From Desulfobacterales bacterium (GTDB taxonomy: Bacteria; Desulfobacterota; Desulfobacteria; Desulfobacterales; CAFBRK01): a DNA stretch of 64,000 bases. Where the stretch lies: contig JAIPEL010000003.1 in assembly GCA_021737185.1 (NCBI GenBank), positions 31,763 to 95,762 of the forward strand, in the 5' to 3' direction. Under the pieces are notes generated by a model. It was given only the letters and a program-made list of their open reading frames with translations. It had not been told where the DNA came from and did no database searches. Position 1 is the first letter of the stretch; every line of letters starts with the position of its first letter. Made by a program: the position numbers and the translations under genes. Positions 37,131-46,370 of the stretch are shown here, one piece after another.

Positions 37131-37236
37131 GAGCAAATATAACCCTTTTTGGGGCAAATGAAAACCCCGGCAAAAACGCCGGCGGCCGTCAAAATCGTCT
37201 TGTCCATGGCACGAAGATGGTCTATAGCCATGCCCC

Positions 37237-38958
37237 ATGCGAATCGATTGGGCCATGAAAGCAGCGGATTTAAAACAGGTGTCGACGCTGGAAAGCGCCC
37301 TTCGATGCCATCGGCTGACAGCGCGGCTGCTGGTCAACCGGGGCATCCTGGCGCCCGAAGAGGCCCGGGCGTTTATGGCGCCGGCGCTTTCCTCCCTGCG
37401 GCCGCCCGCGGTGCTCCGGGACATGGCGCCCGCCGTTCAAAGGCTCGCCCGGGCTGTCATCGGAAAAGAGCCGATTCTCATTTTCGGCGACTACGATGCA
37501 GACGGCGTCACCGCCGCCGCCTTGTTGCATACCTTCCTGGTTCATTGCGGCGCAGACGTCAGGGTTCATCTGCCCCACCGCATCCGCGAAGGGTACGGCC
37601 TTCAGGAAATCCACATCGGGCGGCCGGCGCTTTCCAACCGGATCGGACTGATCGTCACGGTCGACTGCGGTTGCACCAGCCACCGGGCACTTACGGCGGC
37701 AAAATCGGCCGGGATCGACGTCATCGTCACCGACCACCATCAGGTCTCCGATCCCCTTCCGGAGGCCGTGGCCGTGGTCAATCCATGCCGGCCGGACTGC
37801 CCTTCGAAGATGGCCTTTCTCTCCGGAGCGGGGGTTTGCTTTTATCTACTCATTGCCCTGCGCCAACAGCTCCGGGAAACGGGGTTTTGGAAGGGGCGGA
37901 TCGAACCCAACCTTCGGGATTACTGCGATTTGGTGGCCCTGGGCACCGTCGCGGACATGGTGCCCCTTCAACAGGAGAACCGGATCCTGGTTCGGGCCGG
38001 CCTGGATGTGCTCAACGCTGCGCCGCGGCCCGGCATGGCAGGACTCATGTCGGCTGCCGGCGTCGGCCGTCCCTGGGCCGACGCAGAGGATCTGGCCTTT
38101 CGTCTTGCGCCGCGAATCAACGCTGCCGGCAGAATGGCCCACGCCATGGCCGCCTTCCGGCTGCTGACGGCAACGGACCGGTCTTCGGCCCGAAGGATCA
38201 CCGCCCTGCTCGACCGGCTCAACGATCGGCGCCGTGAAAAAGAGGCGCAAATGCTGGCCCAGGCCCAGGAGACCCTCGAACGAAAACCGGAGCTCGGCAG
38301 GCGTCGAACCCTTGTGCTCAGTCATTCTCAGTGGCCGGAAGGGATTTTAGGGATCGTCGCCTCCCGCCTGGTCCGAAAATTCCACCGCCCCGTCGTGCTG
38401 ATCTCCACGCGGAGCGGAACCGGCAAGGGTTCGGCCAGGAGCATTCCGGGCATCGATCTGCACGGCGCGCTTGCGCGGGTCTCAGACAGCCTCGATCGAT
38501 TCGGCGGCCATGCCATGGCCGCGGGGATCACGATTGCCGCCGGGCGAATCGAAGAGTTCGAACGCCGGCTGGAAGAGGCCGTCTGCCGATCGGCCGATCC
38601 GGCGGCATTCGTCAAAACCCTGCCCATCGACGCAGAGGTGTCCTTTTCCGAAATCTCCGAGCCGTTGATGGAAGAAATCGATGCGCTTCGCCCCTTCGGG
38701 GAGGGAAACCCGCAGCCGCTGCTCATGGCCCGGTCCATCGATGTGGTTTCTGCCAAGCCGGCCGGCACCGACCACCTGAGGCTCCAGCTGCGGCAGAACA
38801 ACGAGGCCGGCGGCCGCACTTTCGAGGCGATCCGTTTCGGAGCCGGCAGCCTTCTTCGACGAAACCGTTTTGAACGAATCGCATTCCAGCTTCGGTGGAA
38901 TCGGTGGCAGGGCCGCCGAAGGCTCCAGTTGGTAATTCGGGCCGTCGATGAAGAATAG
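37237..38958 (+). CDS. recJ: Single-stranded-DNA-specific exonuclease RecJ
   Basis: 573 aa with DHH motifs (FGDYDADGVTA, VTVDCG, VVTDHH) and a DHHA1 region (GGHAMAAG). Confidence 0.93.
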   Translation: MRIDWAMKAADLKQVSTLESALRCHRLTARLLVNRGILAPEEARAFMAPALSSLRPPAVLRDMAPAVQRLARAVIGKEPILIFGDYDADGVTAAALLHTFLVHCGADVRVHLPHRIREGYGLQEIHIGRPALSNRIGLIVTVDCGCTSHRALTAAKSAGIDVIVTDHHQVSDPLPEAVAVVNPCRPDCPSKMAFLSGAGVCFYLLIALRQQLRETGFWKGRIEPNLRDYCDLVALGTVADMVPLQQENRILVRAGLDVLNAAPRPGMAGLMSAAGVGRPWADAEDLAFRLAPRINAAGRMAHAMAAFRLLTATDRSSARRITALLDRLNDRRREKEAQMLAQAQETLERKPELGRRRTLVLSHSQWPEGILGIVASRLVRKFHRPVVLISTRSGTGKGSARSIPGIDLHGALARVSDSLDRFGGHAMAAGITIAAGRIEEFERRLEEAVCRSADPAAFVKTLPIDAEVSFSEISEPLMEEIDALRPFGEGNPQPLLMARSIDVVSAKPAGTDHLRLQLRQNNEAGGRTFEAIRFGAGSLLRRNRFERIAFQLRWNRWQGRRRLQLVIRAVDEE

Positions 38959-38966
38959 ATTTTTTC

Positions 38967-38995
38967 TTGCAAAGCACCAACTCTGCCAGTATGAT
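38967..38995 (+). promoter_or_regulatory. Candidate sigma70-type promoter for the DUF507 gene
   Basis: TTGCAA (38967-38972), a 17-nt spacer, then TATGAT (38990-38995), about 58 nt upstream of ATG 39053. Confidence 0.4.
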
Positions 38996-39052
38996 CGCTA
39001 ACCGCAACCAAGGACCATTGCCAAGATCCAACACCGATAGAGGAAACCGCCC

Positions 39053-39472
39053 ATGGGAAAAGTGTTCAGGCCCAGCACCCGGGAAGCAAGCATCCTTTCG
39101 AAAATCGAGTCTTCGAAGGAATATGCCCGGAGAATGGCCATCAACGGCATCAAGGACTGTCTAGAACCCCTGGCAAACGCCATTGCATCGAAGCTGGTGG
39201 AAAACAAACTCGTGGAAACCACCAACAAAAACCGGCTGGAGGAGCGCATCGGCAAATGCCTCGACAAGATCAGCCACGCAGATGACTTCGATATCGACTA
39301 TCAGATCGCACCGCTGCGCAACCTGGTCCCCCAGCCCCATGTGGTCAGTCTCTTTGTCACCTCCTTTGTCATCGAGAAGCTCATTGACGACAAAGAGGTC
39401 GTGGACATCTTCGGCTCGGACGAGGACATCTACCTGTGCATCAATCAACAGGTGAGAAAGTTCCTTCCATGA
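39053..39472 (+). CDS. DUF507-like protein
   Basis: 139 aa. The pattern (LANAIASKLVENKLVE....DFDIDYQIAPLR...VVDIFGSDEDIY) matches my recollection of DUF507. No function is known. Confidence 0.55.
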   Translation: MGKVFRPSTREASILSKIESSKEYARRMAINGIKDCLEPLANAIASKLVENKLVETTNKNRLEERIGKCLDKISHADDFDIDYQIAPLRNLVPQPHVVSLFVTSFVIEKLIDDKEVVDIFGSDEDIYLCINQQVRKFLP

Positions 39473-39475
39473 TCG

Positions 39476-40486
39476 ATGCGCCCGTCTTTCTTACCCCGCC
39501 TCATCAATGATCCGTTTAAAGACCCCGGCCTGTATATCCCCTTTCTGCTCAAGGGGCGGGCCATGCTGTTCGATCTTGGCGAAAATTCGACTCTTTCCCC
39601 CCGCGATCTGCTCAAGGTCAGCCATGTCTTCGTCACTCACACCCACATGGACCACTTTATCGGCTTTGACCGGATGCTGCGGCTCATGCTCGGAAGGCAG
39701 AAGGACCTTCATCTGTTCGGTCCGGAAGGATTCATGGACAACGTCGAGGGAAAGCTGGGCGGATACGCCTGGAATCTGGTCGGAAACGACGCCTATCCCC
39801 TGGTGCTGAAGGTCACCGAGGTGAGCGCCGGCCGCATGAAAAGCCGGCGGTATCAGTGCCGGGACCGGTTTCGACCCGCCGGCGATCCGACCGAATCGAG
39901 CTTTGCCCGGACCCTTTTGGCGGAGCCCTCCTTGACGGTCTCAGCGTCCGTACTCGATCATCGGATTCCCTGCCTGGGGCTGGCCCTCAAAGAACGGTTC
40001 CACATCCACATCTTAAAGGACAGGGTAGCCTCCATGGGCGCAGCGCCGGGGCCTTGGCTCGGACAATTCAAGGCCGCCGTCTACGGCGGACGTGCACCGG
40101 ACACCGTGTTCCAGGTTCCCCGCGCCGGCGGCAGCGGCGAAACCCGATTCACCCTCGAAGCCCTTCAAAAGCAGATTGCCCGGATCACCCCCGGCCAGAA
40201 GATCGCCTACATCACCGATACCGCATACACTCCGGAAAACCAGCAAAGAATCGTTTCGCTGGCCGAGGATGCCGACCACCTGTTTATCGAGGCCGCTTTT
40301 CTGGAAGAAGACCGCGCCGCCGCCGAAGAAAAAGCCCACCTCACCGCCCGCCAGGCCGGACGAATCGCGCGCCTCAGCCGGGCCCGCCGAATGACGATCT
40401 TTCATTTTTCACCCAGGTACCGGGGGCGGGAGGACCAGCTCTACCGGGAGGCCGAAGAGGCTTTTTCCGGCCGGCAGTTGTCCTGA
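39476..40486 (+). CDS. MBL-fold metallo-hydrolase (RNase Z/BN-like)
   Basis: 336 aa with the HxHxDH motif (VTHTHMDHFIGFD) and a C-terminal FHFSPRY, typical of RNase Z-like proteins. Confidence 0.75.
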   Translation: MRPSFLPRLINDPFKDPGLYIPFLLKGRAMLFDLGENSTLSPRDLLKVSHVFVTHTHMDHFIGFDRMLRLMLGRQKDLHLFGPEGFMDNVEGKLGGYAWNLVGNDAYPLVLKVTEVSAGRMKSRRYQCRDRFRPAGDPTESSFARTLLAEPSLTVSASVLDHRIPCLGLALKERFHIHILKDRVASMGAAPGPWLGQFKAAVYGGRAPDTVFQVPRAGGSGETRFTLEALQKQIARITPGQKIAYITDTAYTPENQQRIVSLAEDADHLFIEAAFLEEDRAAAEEKAHLTARQAGRIARLSRARRMTIFHFSPRYRGREDQLYREAEEAFSGRQLS

Positions 40487-40514
40487 ACCGGGGTGGCAGC
40501 GGGGAACCTCGTAT

Positions 40515-40637
40515 GAAACTTCGACATATAAGGTTCGTCATGCCGGACTTGATCCGGCATCCAGAAATACCTGGATTCCCCCGGATCGGAGTCCGGGGCA
40601 GGCTTGTCAAGTCCGGAATGACGGCCTGAGAAGTTTC
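40515..40637. repeat. REP-like hairpin mosaic
   Basis: The outer pair is CGTCAT...ATGACG (40536-40623). It encloses GCCGGA-cttga-TCCGGC, ATCCAG-aaatac-CTGGAT and CCCCGGA-tcggag-TCCGGGG, and is flanked by GAAACTTC/GAAGTTTC. The architecture is the same as at 13471-13570. Confidence 0.8.
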
Positions 40638-40692
40638 ACCCTTGATCAAACTGGTCGGTTAAGACCAAAAGATTCATATAAATCTCCCGCCG

Positions 40693-40729
40693 GAGAATCT
40701 TGAATCTTGAATTTGGAATTTTGAATCTC
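40693..40729. repeat. GAATCTTGAAT-type low-complexity motif
   Basis: GAGAATCTTGAATCTTGAATTTGGAATTTTGAATCTC is nearly the exact reverse complement of 62781-62814. Confidence 0.8.
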
Positions 40730-40767
40730 GCCGTTCAACGGCGGTGCTGGCACCTGACACCATGTCG

Positions 40768-41616
40768 TCATCCGTCTCCGTATCTGACGAAACCGTACCG
40801 CTCGAAAATATCCTGGGCTTCGGGGTCGAGAAGAAAGTCAACGAAGGCGGCCGCCGCTTGCCGGTGAGGAGCCCGGTCGAGCCGGCAGGCATAGTATTGG
40901 ATTCGGTCCCGCTGATCCAGTCTGCCGCCCGGTTCGACCACCTCAAAGGCAAGACCGGTGCTCCGGGCGTGGACCGCCTCGGTGGCCCACACCGGGCCGA
41001 CATCGACGGTTTTCATGCCGATCCGCAGCGGCGTTTCCCGGTGGTGAACCACGGTCGGCACCGTGGTCCCTTCGGCTCGCTTTTCTTCCATGATTCGCCG
41101 CACCAGGGCGGGGCCGCCGGCGTCCTCGTACATGCGCAGGATGTGCCGCGCGATGTCTTCGTTTTCCGGATCCGGCTGGGAGATGCGCACCTCGGGCTTT
41201 GCCAGATCGCTCACGGCGGTGATTTTGGCGGGGTTTCCGGCCGGAATCATGAGGGTAAGACGATTCCGGAGGTAGGGGCGATAGGACTCCGGCGTAAGAA
41301 GCCCCTTTCGGACCAGGGTTTCCATGGCCCGGCGCCGGACCGAGGTGTAGACATCCGGTTGGATCGCCAGAACCTCTCCGGCGAAGCGGGCGCCTCCGGC
41401 GAGGATCTGCTTCAATTCCAGACCCGGCGGAAGGGTTTCATAGAAGATTTTTTTGACCGCTGGATGCCTTCGCTGAAACGCCGCCAACAGCTCCTCCATG
41501 GCCATGAACTGGTTGCCGGCCATGAACAATACCAGATCGGCGTCTTTGGCGTCTTCTAAATGATGGAGGTCATCAGCGCGTTCTGCGGGGATCAGGGGCA
41601 AGCGTTCTTCGACCAT
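40768..41616 (-). CDS. Periplasmic-binding-protein-fold (ModA-like) protein without an obvious signal peptide
   Basis: 282 aa. The pattern LVLFMAGNQF...TLMIPAGNPAKI...ISQPDPE resembles molybdate/anion SBPs. The N-terminus is not hydrophobic. Confidence 0.6.
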   Translation of the reverse strand: MVEERLPLIPAERADDLHHLEDAKDADLVLFMAGNQFMAMEELLAAFQRRHPAVKKIFYETLPPGLELKQILAGGARFAGEVLAIQPDVYTSVRRRAMETLVRKGLLTPESYRPYLRNRLTLMIPAGNPAKITAVSDLAKPEVRISQPDPENEDIARHILRMYEDAGGPALVRRIMEEKRAEGTTVPTVVHHRETPLRIGMKTVDVGPVWATEAVHARSTGLAFEVVEPGGRLDQRDRIQYYACRLDRAPHRQAAAAFVDFLLDPEAQDIFERYGFVRYGDG

Positions 41617-41905
41617 GAGACTTTCCCTTACGGTTGAATCAATCGAAGCACAAAAATGTCATAAAATTGCACCACCAATTGTATCAACGGTAAAATAAGG
41701 GCACCGGCCTGTCAACGCCCCTCCCCAAAAATCCGCCGTGGAAAGGGTCTTTTTGGAAATTGACTCCGAAAAGAATTCGTGAAATGATTTCAGATTACTG
41801 GCTCCTGAGTCCGCAAACCGGTCGGATCATGACGGAAACGACGGCTTGATGATTAAAATCCCATCCCACGCCTTTTCCGGGTTTTGGAGATGATATTTGG
41901 TTCGC

Positions 41906-42916
41906 ATGAAAGTTGCCGGAGAAATGTCCTACGAAGCATTTGCCGCCGAAAATCCGGCTTCCGGTGCGGCGCCTGCACCAAAGCAGATCCGTCCGGCGCC
42001 GGACCGCCGCACGAAGGAGACGAAAATCTGGGCCGTCGGAGGAGGCAAAGGCGGCATCGGCAAGAGTTTTATCATCAGCAGCGTGGCCCAGTGTCTTGCC
42101 CGGAAGGGTCATCGCATCGTTTTACTCGACGCGGACTTAGGCGGCGCCAACCTGCATACCTTCTTCGGCGTTGATCGACCCCGTACGACCCTGACCGAGT
42201 TTTTCGAAAGACAGATTCCTCTGTCCTCTCTGGTCTGCGAGACCGGCGTGCCCAATCTGGGGTTGCTCATCGGCGCTCTGGACACCCTGGCGGCAGACCA
42301 CATCCGCTACTCGCAAAAAATGAAGCTGTTTCGCCATATTCGAACGCTCCCGGCCGATTACGTCCTGATCGACATCGGGGCCGGAACCCACTTTCACACC
42401 GTCGATTCCTTTCTGCTGGCCGACACCCTCATTGCCGCCGTCGTCCCCGAGCTCATCTCCGTGGAAAATCTCTACTATTTTTTAAAGAGCGTTTTTTACC
42501 GGAAGCTGCTTCGCGCCATGAGCGAAAACGGCTGGAAAACCATCATCTTCGAAACCTGGAAAAACCGGCGGAACTTGGGAATACGAAACGTAAAAGAGCT
42601 GACCGATTACCTCCGAACCCAATCCGGGGAAATCAGCGGCGTGATCGACGAGGCATTGTCCGACTTTCTGTTTCACATCGTCGTCAACAAGGTCCGGCGG
42701 CGCCAGGAGATCAAGGTGGGTCTGGGGGTGAAAAGCATCTGCATGAAGTACTTCGGCCTCGACGCCCGCTATGCCGGCTACATCGAACACGACGAGCTGG
42801 TCTCACGGTCCATCAACAAACGGCAGCCCTATCTGCAGACCCACACCGGATCGCGCTGCAGCGGCCAAATCGAAGTCGTCGCAGAAAATCTGCTGCAACA
42901 AAAGGCCTTTGGATGA
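41906..42916 (+). CDS. MinD/ParA-superfamily P-loop ATPase
   Basis: It has a deviant Walker A GGGKGGIGKS followed by LLDADLGGANL. The start is uncertain (TTG 41897, ATG 41906 or ATG 41924). Confidence 0.8.
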   Translation: MKVAGEMSYEAFAAENPASGAAPAPKQIRPAPDRRTKETKIWAVGGGKGGIGKSFIISSVAQCLARKGHRIVLLDADLGGANLHTFFGVDRPRTTLTEFFERQIPLSSLVCETGVPNLGLLIGALDTLAADHIRYSQKMKLFRHIRTLPADYVLIDIGAGTHFHTVDSFLLADTLIAAVVPELISVENLYYFLKSVFYRKLLRAMSENGWKTIIFETWKNRRNLGIRNVKELTDYLRTQSGEISGVIDEALSDFLFHIVVNKVRRRQEIKVGLGVKSICMKYFGLDARYAGYIEHDELVSRSINKRQPYLQTHTGSRCSGQIEVVAENLLQQKAFG

Positions 42917-43524
42917 CCCCGCCTGCCGGAAAACCCGCTGAAATCATCGAGGCCCTGCAGGTTCTGGAGCTTCCCGCAGAAGCGACTCTCACCCAGATCC
43001 GCCAGTCCTACCGGTTTTTGAAGGATCTATACGGCGGTGAATCGATCGCCACCCTTCCGGTGAGCGGGGAAATCAGCACAAAAGACCGGCAGCAGATCAT
43101 CGAAAAAATCGACGCCGCCTACGAGGCGCTGATCCGGTTTTTTGAAGACGAACGCGGTCGGGACCTTTCCGTGCAGCGGTCGGCGCCCGATGAAATCGCA
43201 CGGTATCTCGCCGATGTCGAGGAGATCACCGGGGCCGTACTCAAGACCGTGAGAAAAATGCAGGGGTTTGTGCCGGAGGAGGTGGCCGCAGAGACGAGAA
43301 TACCGGTTTTGAATCTGGAGCGCATCGAACAGGAAGATTTTGCGGCGTTTCCGCCGCCAGTGTATACGCGGGGGTTTGTTTCCGGCTATGCCGACTTTCT
43401 GGGGCTCGAAGCGGATCGGGCGTCCTCGGATTTCATGCGCCGGTTCAACGCATGGAAGGAGAACCGGGGAGGAGGCAACCCCCCCCACCGCTTCCGTCTG
43501 GCTTTCTGGAAGAAAAAAAAATGA
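42913..43524 (+). CDS. HTH (RodZ-like, HTH_25-type) protein with degenerate J-like N-terminus
   Basis: 203 aa. Its ATG overlaps the upstream TGA (ATGA). The central region LKTVRKMQGFVPEEVAAETRIPVLNLERIEQEDF...YTRGFVSGYADFLGL resembles the RodZ N-terminal HTH. The protein has no TM segment. Confidence 0.6.
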   Translation: MTPPAGKPAEIIEALQVLELPAEATLTQIRQSYRFLKDLYGGESIATLPVSGEISTKDRQQIIEKIDAAYEALIRFFEDERGRDLSVQRSAPDEIARYLADVEEITGAVLKTVRKMQGFVPEEVAAETRIPVLNLERIEQEDFAAFPPPVYTRGFVSGYADFLGLEADRASSDFMRRFNAWKENRGGGNPPHRFRLAFWKKKK

Positions 43525-43564
43525 CGTCTCGGGTTGTCCGTTTGCCGGTCTCCGGCATAGTAGA

Positions 43565-43862
43565 TCGGATGATTCGTTGAATGGTCGATTCGTCAAATCG
43601 GCGTTCCAGCTTCCTTGATGAGGTCCGTTGATTTTAGTAAAGATCCGGGCCCGGAGGACCCGGTTTTGAGTTAAGCTCGGAGGGCATGAATCCCTATGGT
43701 TGTCTTAAATCCGAAATTCGAATTTGTTTCGTATTTCGGATTTCGTGCTTCGAATTTCCACGCTTCGGGCTGAAAGGCAGAGCCAATTGCCTCTGACCTG
43801 GTCCTGAGGACCAGGATTGTGAGACTGCATTGAACCCATCAACCAATCCGCCAATCAACCGT
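43565..43862. repeat. TTGATTNG-type inverted arms enclosing copy 2 of the dispersed element
   Basis: The left arm is 43565-43603. Copy 2 of the dispersed element is 43637-43831. The right arm is 43831-43862 (..CCAATCCGCCAATCAACC), and its last unit contains the degT stop (43855-43857). Confidence 0.8.
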
Positions 43863-44997
43863 CCTCCCCCATGTACCTGGCGATGGTTTCCACCACGTAG
43901 TGCTGCTGGGACTCGGAAAGCTCCGGATAGACCGGAAGGGCCAGGGTGTGCAGGGCCGCCTTTTCGGCCACCGGAAATTGCCCCGGCTTGTATCCCAGAT
44001 AGGAAAAGCACTCCTGCAGGTGAAGCGGAATCGGGTAATACACTTCCGAACCGACGCCGGCTTCGGCCAGGACCTGCCTGAGTTCGTCTCTGCCGCTGTC
44101 CACCGCGATGACGAACTGATTGTAGATGTGGCGGTCCTGGCGGTCCACCGGAAGGCGGATTCGATCCTCCAGGCTGGCCTCGGCGAAAAGCCGGCGATAG
44201 CGCCGCGCGTTATGGCGCCGCGCCTCCGTCCAGCGGTCCAGGTGCGGCAGCTTGATGGAAACAATGGCCGCCTGCAGCGCGTCGAGCCTGAAATTGCCGC
44301 CGACCAGGTGATGCACGTACTTGGGATGGGCCCCGTGGCCGCGTAAAATGCGAAGCCGCTCATAGAGCGCCTCGGACTGGACGGTGACGATACCTCCGTC
44401 TCCGAACGCCCCGAGGTTCTTGGACGGAAAAAAGGAGAAGCATCCGAAATCGCCCATGGCCCCTGCCCGGTTCCCACGATACTCGGCACCGATGGCCTGG
44501 GCCGCATCTTCGATCACCGTCATCTTGTACTGACGGGCGATCGCCAGCAGCGGTTCCATTTCCGCGCATTGGCCGTAGAGGTGGACCGGTATGAGAGCCT
44601 TGACCGAGGACCGTTCTGCCTCGTCCAACTCCTCCATCACCCGCTTCACGTCAGCGGGAGACAGGTTGTAGGTGTCTTCCTCGATGTCGGCGAACACCGG
44701 CGTCGCCCCGGTCCGGGCGATGGCCCCGGCGGTGGCAAAAAACGTATACGGCGTGGTGAGCACCCGGTCGCCGGGGCCGATGCCGTCGGCCATCAGGCAG
44801 ATCAGCAGCGCATCGCTTCCGGAAGAGACGCCGACCGCAAACCGGCTTCTGCAGTATTGGGCGATCTCTTTTTCCAGCTTTTCCACCCGCGGGCCGAGAA
44901 TGAACTGCTGACGTTCAAAAATCTCTTCTGCAGCGGCCAGGACCTCGTTTTTGATGCCCTGGTACTGCGCTTTGAGATCGAGAAGGGGTACGTTCAT
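43855..44997 (-). CDS. DegT/DnrJ/EryC1/StrS family sugar aminotransferase
   Basis: 380 aa: MNVPLLDLKAQYQGIKNEV..., FILGPRVEKLE, and a PLP-lysine region (FSFFPSKNLGAFGDGG). Confidence 0.9.
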   Translation of the reverse strand: MNVPLLDLKAQYQGIKNEVLAAAEEIFERQQFILGPRVEKLEKEIAQYCRSRFAVGVSSGSDALLICLMADGIGPGDRVLTTPYTFFATAGAIARTGATPVFADIEEDTYNLSPADVKRVMEELDEAERSSVKALIPVHLYGQCAEMEPLLAIARQYKMTVIEDAAQAIGAEYRGNRAGAMGDFGCFSFFPSKNLGAFGDGGIVTVQSEALYERLRILRGHGAHPKYVHHLVGGNFRLDALQAAIVSIKLPHLDRWTEARRHNARRYRRLFAEASLEDRIRLPVDRQDRHIYNQFVIAVDSGRDELRQVLAEAGVGSEVYYPIPLHLQECFSYLGYKPGQFPVAEKAALHTLALPVYPELSESQQHYVVETIARYMGEDG

Positions 44998-45011
44998 CGG
45001 TTCTTGTTCCT

Positions 45012-46370
45012 TTAGTACGGGGTTTCGATTCTCAGAATCACCAGCGGCGATTCTGTATCATTGGTCATGTCGGCCGAATCGTTTTCAGGGATGACGGCAT
45101 TGTCCCCCGCTCCCAGGCTGCGGCGGTCGGCGTCGACGGCGATGGCGCCGGTGCCGCGGACGACGATCAGGTGCTGAATCCTTCCCCGGCCGGTTGCCAG
45201 GGTCAGGGACTGGCCCGGAAAAAGCACGAGCCGCTCCACCGTGTAATCGGGCTTTTCGTCCAGAACCGTCCGCCGGCCCCAGTCGGCGTGAAGCGTTCGG
45301 TGCTGCTGAACCTCCCTTCGCCCCTGGCGCTTGAGTTGATCGACGATCTCCTTGACGTCCCGGCTTTCTTCCAGGTCCGAGACAAAAACCGAATCCGGAG
45401 TTTCGACCACGACCACGTGGTCCATTTTATTGACCGCGATCAGCCGCTCATAGCCCATGATAAACGAATCCTTGGTCCTGCGGGTGACCACGTTGCCGTC
45501 GACGACGTTGCCGGCCTCGTCTTTGGGCAGAAAGTCGTACAAGGACTTCCAGGAGCCGATGTCGCTCCAGCCGAAATCCGAAGGAAGCACCGCGCCCAGG
45601 GCGGTGTTTTCCATGATGGCGTAGTCGATCGAAATATTGGGCAGCTTTTCGTATTCACTTTGCTCCACCGGTCCGCCTCCGGCCGTGATCGACGCCATCT
45701 GTTCGGCCAGCTCCGGGCAGTGGCGGGCGAACTCTTCGGCCATGACCGTCGCCCGGAAAGCGAACATGCCGCTGTTCCAGAAGAAATTTCCCGCGGCAAG
45801 GTAGGATCGGGCCGTGGCCAGGTCCGGCTTTTCGACGAAACGGCGGATGGCAAGCGCCCCGTGGGCCAGGGCGCCGCCGCCTTCGATGTAGCCGTATCCG
45901 GTCTCGGGATAGTGCGGCTGGATGCCGAAGGTGACGATTCTGCCCTCCTTGGCCAGGGCCGCGGCGGCGCCGAGCTTTTCGTGAAACCGCTCGATATCGG
46001 CAATGACATGGTCTGCCGGAAACACCAAAACCACGGGGTCTTCGAACCGCTGCAGCACATGATTCACCGCCAGAAGGATCGCCGGGGCGGTGTTTCTTCC
46101 GCACGGCTCGGCCAGGATCCTGCCCTCGGCGTCGACCCCCACTTCGGCCATGTGCCTGGCGATTTCATGGGCATGATCCTGTCCGCACACCACAAAGATC
46201 TGCCCGGGGGCCACCATCGGAAGCAGGCGTTTTACGGTACGCTGCACCAGAGAGTCTTTTCCCAGGAAATGGACCAGCTGCTTGGGAAAAAGGGTCCGGG
46301 ATACCGGCCAGAGCCGGGTTCCGCTGCCCCCGGCCAGCAGCACCGCGATGATCGTTTCCTTTTCAGCCAT
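45012..46370 (-). CDS. manC: Mannose-1-phosphate guanylyltransferase / mannose-6-phosphate isomerase
   Basis: 452 aa from ATG 46370 (MAEKETIIAVLLAGGSGTRLWPVSR) with a C-terminal cupin (HRTLHADWGRRTVL...). The tracked extension to 46733 lies inside dnaE and is rejected. Confidence 0.9.
   Translation of the reverse strand: MAEKETIIAVLLAGGSGTRLWPVSRTLFPKQLVHFLGKDSLVQRTVKRLLPMVAPGQIFVVCGQDHAHEIARHMAEVGVDAEGRILAEPCGRNTAPAILLAVNHVLQRFEDPVVLVFPADHVIADIERFHEKLGAAAALAKEGRIVTFGIQPHYPETGYGYIEGGGALAHGALAIRRFVEKPDLATARSYLAAGNFFWNSGMFAFRATVMAEEFARHCPELAEQMASITAGGGPVEQSEYEKLPNISIDYAIMENTALGAVLPSDFGWSDIGSWKSLYDFLPKDEAGNVVDGNVVTRRTKDSFIMGYERLIAVNKMDHVVVVETPDSVFVSDLEESRDVKEIVDQLKRQGRREVQQHRTLHADWGRRTVLDEKPDYTVERLVLFPGQSLTLATGRGRIQHLIVVRGTGAIAVDADRRSLGAGDNAVIPENDSADMTNDTESPLVILRIETPY

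Noticed and set aside
40745-40760. Sigma54 -24-like element (CTGGCAC)
   Set aside because: There is no TTGC-type -12 element at the correct spacing and no plus-strand gene downstream.
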